Assembly: GCA_964395215.1 (NCBI GenBank)
Contig: CAYNAD010000003.1
Span: 1 to 33,955, forward strand
Source of the DNA: an uncultured Candidatus Saccharibacteria bacterium
GTDB lineage: Bacteria; Patescibacteriota; Minisyncoccia; Minisyncoccales; PEYH01
Direction of reading: 5' to 3'
Length of the DNA stretch: 33,955 nucleotides
The notes below the pieces were generated by a model, which worked only from the letters and a program-made list of their open reading frames with translations, searched no databases and was not told where the DNA came from. Each line of letters opens with the position of its first letter. Position 1 is the first letter of the stretch. The translations under genes were made by a program, and so were the position numbers. Below are positions 31,776-33,955 of this stretch, piece after piece.

Positions 31776-31904
31776 AATAAAGGAAATCGCAGACAGTAGG
31801 CAATCAATAAGTCCTGCCGAGATAATAGAAAATTGTCATTGATTATTTATCATTGATAAAAAATTTGTCTGCGGAAATCCGACAGACAATTTATTTTTTT
31901 TAAT
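31776..31904 (+). promoter_or_regulatory. Ribosomal protein L10 leader with antiterminator/terminator alternative
   Basis: The terminator hairpin TTGTCTGCGG-aaat-CCGACAGACAA (31865-31889, one bulged A) is followed by tttatttttttt, which ends 3 nt before the rplJ ATG. The upstream CGCAGACA (31788-31795) is complementary to TGTCTGCG in the 5' arm of that hairpin. The position immediately 5' of rplJ fits the known L10-leader autoregulatory class. Confidence 0.6.
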
Positions 31905-32426
31905 ATGGCTTTAACAAAAGAACAAAAACAAAATAAGGTTGAGAAACTACAGGAATTAATTGCTAAACAAAAAGCAATGATTTTTGTTAGTTTTTCTGGC
32001 TTAAAGGCAAAAGATATAGAGGATTTGAGGGAGAAGTTGAATGAGGTGGGAGCTAAAATAATGATTGCCAAGAAGAGCTTAGCTGGTTTGGCTTTTAAAG
32101 AGAAAAAGATAAATTTTGAAAAGCAGGAATTTGAAGATGAACTTGCAATTGTTTTTGGTTTTGAAGATGAACTTTCTCCTATTAAAGCAGTTTATAATTT
32201 TTCTAAAGAAAAAAATAATTTAAAAATAATTAGCGGTTATGTGGAAAGCGAAAAAGCCGGAATAGAGGAGATGATTGCCTTGGCACAACTTCCGTCTAAA
32301 CAAGAGCTTTACGCAAAGCTTGTAGGAACAATGTTTGCGCCAGTTTCGAATTTTGTTAATGTTCAAAGACAAAATATTAAAGGTCTGTTTTATGCATTTG
32401 ATGCGATTGTTGAAAAAAATAGTTAA
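31905..32426 (+). CDS. rplJ: 50S ribosomal protein L10
   Basis: 173-aa ORF containing [41 protein letters not shown]. It lies immediately upstream of rplL. Confidence 0.93.
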   Translation: MALTKEQKQNKVEKLQELIAKQKAMIFVSFSGLKAKDIEDLREKLNEVGAKIMIAKKSLAGLAFKEKKINFEKQEFEDELAIVFGFEDELSPIKAVYNFSKEKNNLKIISGYVESEKAGIEEMIALAQLPSKQELYAKLVGTMFAPVSNFVNVQRQNIKGLFYAFDAIVEKNS

Positions 32427-32443
32427 TAATTAAAAACAAAATT

Positions 32444-33007
32444 ATGGCAGAAGAAAATAAAACTGAAGAAATTAAACCTGAAGAGGTTAAAGAGGAAACT
32501 CCAGTAGCAGAAGAGCCAAAAGCAGAAGTAAAAGAAGAAAAGCCAGAGCCAAAAGAAGAGCCCAAAAAGGAAGAGAAGAAAGAGGAACCAAAAATAGAAG
32601 TAGAGGAAGAAATAGAGGTTCCCAAGAAGTTTGAAAAGATTGTGAATGAAATTGAAGGGATGAAAGTTGTTGATTTGGCAGAATTGGTAAAGATTTTAGA
32701 AAAGAAATTTGGTGTTAGCGCTGCTGCACCCGTAGCAATTGCCGCTGCCCCAGGAGCTGGCTCAGCAGAAGCAGGCGAAAGTGAAAAATCAGAATATGAT
32801 ATCATTCTTAAGTCAGTGGGGGATAAAAAGATTGAGGTAATCAAAGCAGTAAGAGATGCTACTGGTAAAGGATTAAAAGAAGCTAAAGATGTAGTAGACG
32901 CAGCCGCAACTGAACCACAGACAATAAAAGAGAAAGCCAAAAAAGAGGACGCAGAAGAATTGAAGAAAAAGTTTGAAGCAGCTGGCGCCGGAGTGGAATT
33001 GAAATAA
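32444..33007 (+). CDS. rplL: 50S ribosomal protein L7/L12 with ~60-aa Lys/Glu/Pro-rich N-terminal extension
   Basis: Residues ~60-187 are canonical L12: [32 protein letters not shown], an Ala/Gly hinge, then [23 protein letters not shown]...[18 protein letters not shown]. Residues 1-59 are [11 protein letters not shown]...[21 protein letters not shown]. Confidence 0.93.
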   Translation: MAEENKTEEIKPEEVKEETPVAEEPKAEVKEEKPEPKEEPKKEEKKEEPKIEVEEEIEVPKKFEKIVNEIEGMKVVDLAELVKILEKKFGVSAAAPVAIAAAPGAGSAEAGESEKSEYDIILKSVGDKKIEVIKAVRDATGKGLKEAKDVVDAAATEPQTIKEKAKKEDAEELKKKFEAAGAGVELK

Positions 33008-33024
33008 TTCTTAGAAATTGAATA

Positions 33025-33060
33025 AAAAGACCCGTCCTCTTTGTGAGGACGGGTCTTTTA
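33025..33060. terminator. Bidirectional intrinsic terminator between rplL and the convergent minus-strand gene
   Basis: aaaa-GACCCGTCCTC-tttgt-GAGGACGGGTC-tttt is an 11 perfect bp stem flanked by an A-tract and a T-tract. Confidence 0.85.
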
Positions 33061-33088
33061 TTAGCTTCGAATGGGCATTTTTTTGATT

Positions 33089-33877
33089 TTATCTAAATAT
33101 TAAATACGAGAAAAAGAGAATAAGAAAAAAAGTGATGACTAAAATGATTTCTTTTCTTAATTTAATTTTTATTTTAGGAAAAAAATATTTTCCTAGGCTC
33201 CCTTTAAATCGCTGAACGTTTACGGATATTATAAAAAGAACACCGCAAAAATCTTTTGTTTCCTCTCTTTTTTCTTTAATTAGTTTATTTATGTTCTTGT
33301 GGCTGAAATTTTTTAGACCCAGCAAGTGATTACTAAGATATGTTTCAAAAAATCCGTTTAGATTTTGCGTGATAATAATAATCTTATCTTCTGAAGCCAC
33401 TTGACCAGTGGCAATGTTTGTAAAATATTTTTTAGATTCTGGTTGATTGGCTTGAAATTCTAAGTTCTCGGCAATATCAACATATTCGCTGTTTCGCAAT
33501 AGAAGTAAGCGAATATTGCCAGATTTTGAAAAGTTTATTTTATCATTTTTGATATTAACAACAGCCAAGTGAAGATTGCCAAGCCATCCCTGGCTGTCTT
33601 TCTCAGCGATAGAGTTCAAGTATTGGTTAGCACTGTCAAGTGCTCTATTAAGAGCTTTTTCTGGAACTAAATTTGGGTTTGAATAAAAAGTTTGTTTGAT
33701 CTTTTCTGCAAGTTGGTCAAGCAGTTTTTTATCTTTTGAAAGAAAGTTAGTAAGTTCACCAACAACACATAAACTGCCAAGTTTTTCTTCCTCTTTGACC
33801 TCTGGTTTAAAATAAAAACTTTTAAAGTTTATATCCTTTCGTGATTTTGGGTTTAAATGATAGTCAAATACCTGCAT
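33089..33877 (-). CDS. Hypothetical protein with degenerate PP2C/SpoIIE-like domain and C-terminal TM anchor
   Basis: 262-aa ORF. The pattern ALNRALDSANQYLNSIAEKD..GWLGNLHLAVVNIKNDKINFSKSGNIRLLLLRNSEYVDI...EDKIIIITQNL follows PP2C motif order. The metal-binding Asp positions are replaced: SGNIR where GDSR is expected, and TQNL where SDGL is expected. The C-terminus EIILVITFFLILFFSYLIF is hydrophobic. Confidence 0.65.
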   Translation of the reverse strand: MQVFDYHLNPKSRKDINFKSFYFKPEVKEEEKLGSLCVVGELTNFLSKDKKLLDQLAEKIKQTFYSNPNLVPEKALNRALDSANQYLNSIAEKDSQGWLGNLHLAVVNIKNDKINFSKSGNIRLLLLRNSEYVDIAENLEFQANQPESKKYFTNIATGQVASEDKIIIITQNLNGFFETYLSNHLLGLKNFSHKNINKLIKEKREETKDFCGVLFIISVNVQRFKGSLGKYFFPKIKIKLRKEIILVITFFLILFFSYLIFR

Positions 33878-33936
33878 ATTATATTATTCTACACCTTTAC
33901 TCATATAATTTAAAGTATTAAGATGTAATATGGATG

Positions 33937-33955
33937 GGACGATTAGCTCAGCTGG
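33937..33955 (+). tRNA. 5' end of a tRNA gene (identity undeterminable; truncated by window edge)
   Basis: GGACGAT-TA-GCTC-AGCTGG is an acceptor 5' strand, positions 8-9, and a canonical D stem/loop start. The anticodon lies outside the window. Confidence 0.6.

Noticed and set aside
1-33955. Alternative genetic code (UGA recoded, as in some reduced-genome lineages)
   Set aside because: TGA functions as a stop, e.g. at the end of the beta-helix gene at 5186-5184. Long ORFs of up to 2200 codons are intact under the standard code, and the only tRNA-Trp seen has anticodon CCA, not UCA.

Overview
AT-rich, gene-dense bacterial chromosomal segment that reads with the standard genetic code: TGA ends genes and tRNA-Trp carries anticodon CCA. 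Several traits point to a reduced-genome, Patescibacteria/CPR-like organism, though this is an inference: many N-terminally anchored surface proteins of unknown function, charged tails on ribosomal proteins, and missing rimM and secE-nusG-rplK-rplA neighbours.

Layout, left to right:
- 1-5.9 kb, minus strand: an edge-truncated sensor histidine kinase (not in the ORF track), a SAM methyltransferase, dnaE, and a beta-helix repeat protein translationally coupled to dnaE.
- 5.9-6.1 kb: a GC-rich spacer carrying repeats and strong predicted secondary structure.
- 6.2-12.9 kb: an accessory block of six secreted or membrane-anchored proteins. It includes a tail-fibre-like protein with a C-terminal S74 intramolecular-chaperone domain, a 34-cysteine protein, and a DUF4082-like/W-repeat/PKD protein. 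Two paralogous small anchored proteins sit at 6180..6764 and 10434..10997 within the block.
- 13-17 kb: housekeeping genes rpmF-nusB-rnc-rpsP-KH, then a terminator and a GC-rich non-coding element where rimM is expected, then trmD, tRNA-Tyr, tRNA-Thr, rpmG and tRNA-Trp.
- 17.1-31.7 kb: an envelope block with a MacAB-like adaptor/ATPase/permease, pcm, mltG, a 2200-aa thioester-less alpha-2-macroglobulin convergent with pbpC, and a DJ-1/PfpI protein. It occupies the position where secE-nusG-rplK-rplA normally lie.
- 31.7-34 kb: L10 leader, rplJ, rplL, a degenerate PP2C-like membrane protein, and the first 19 nt of another tRNA.

I saw no CRISPR array, transposase, integrase, reverse transcriptase or phage structural module. 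The best candidates for something new are the surface-protein block, the A2M/PBP1C repair-themed block, and the two GC-rich non-coding islands.
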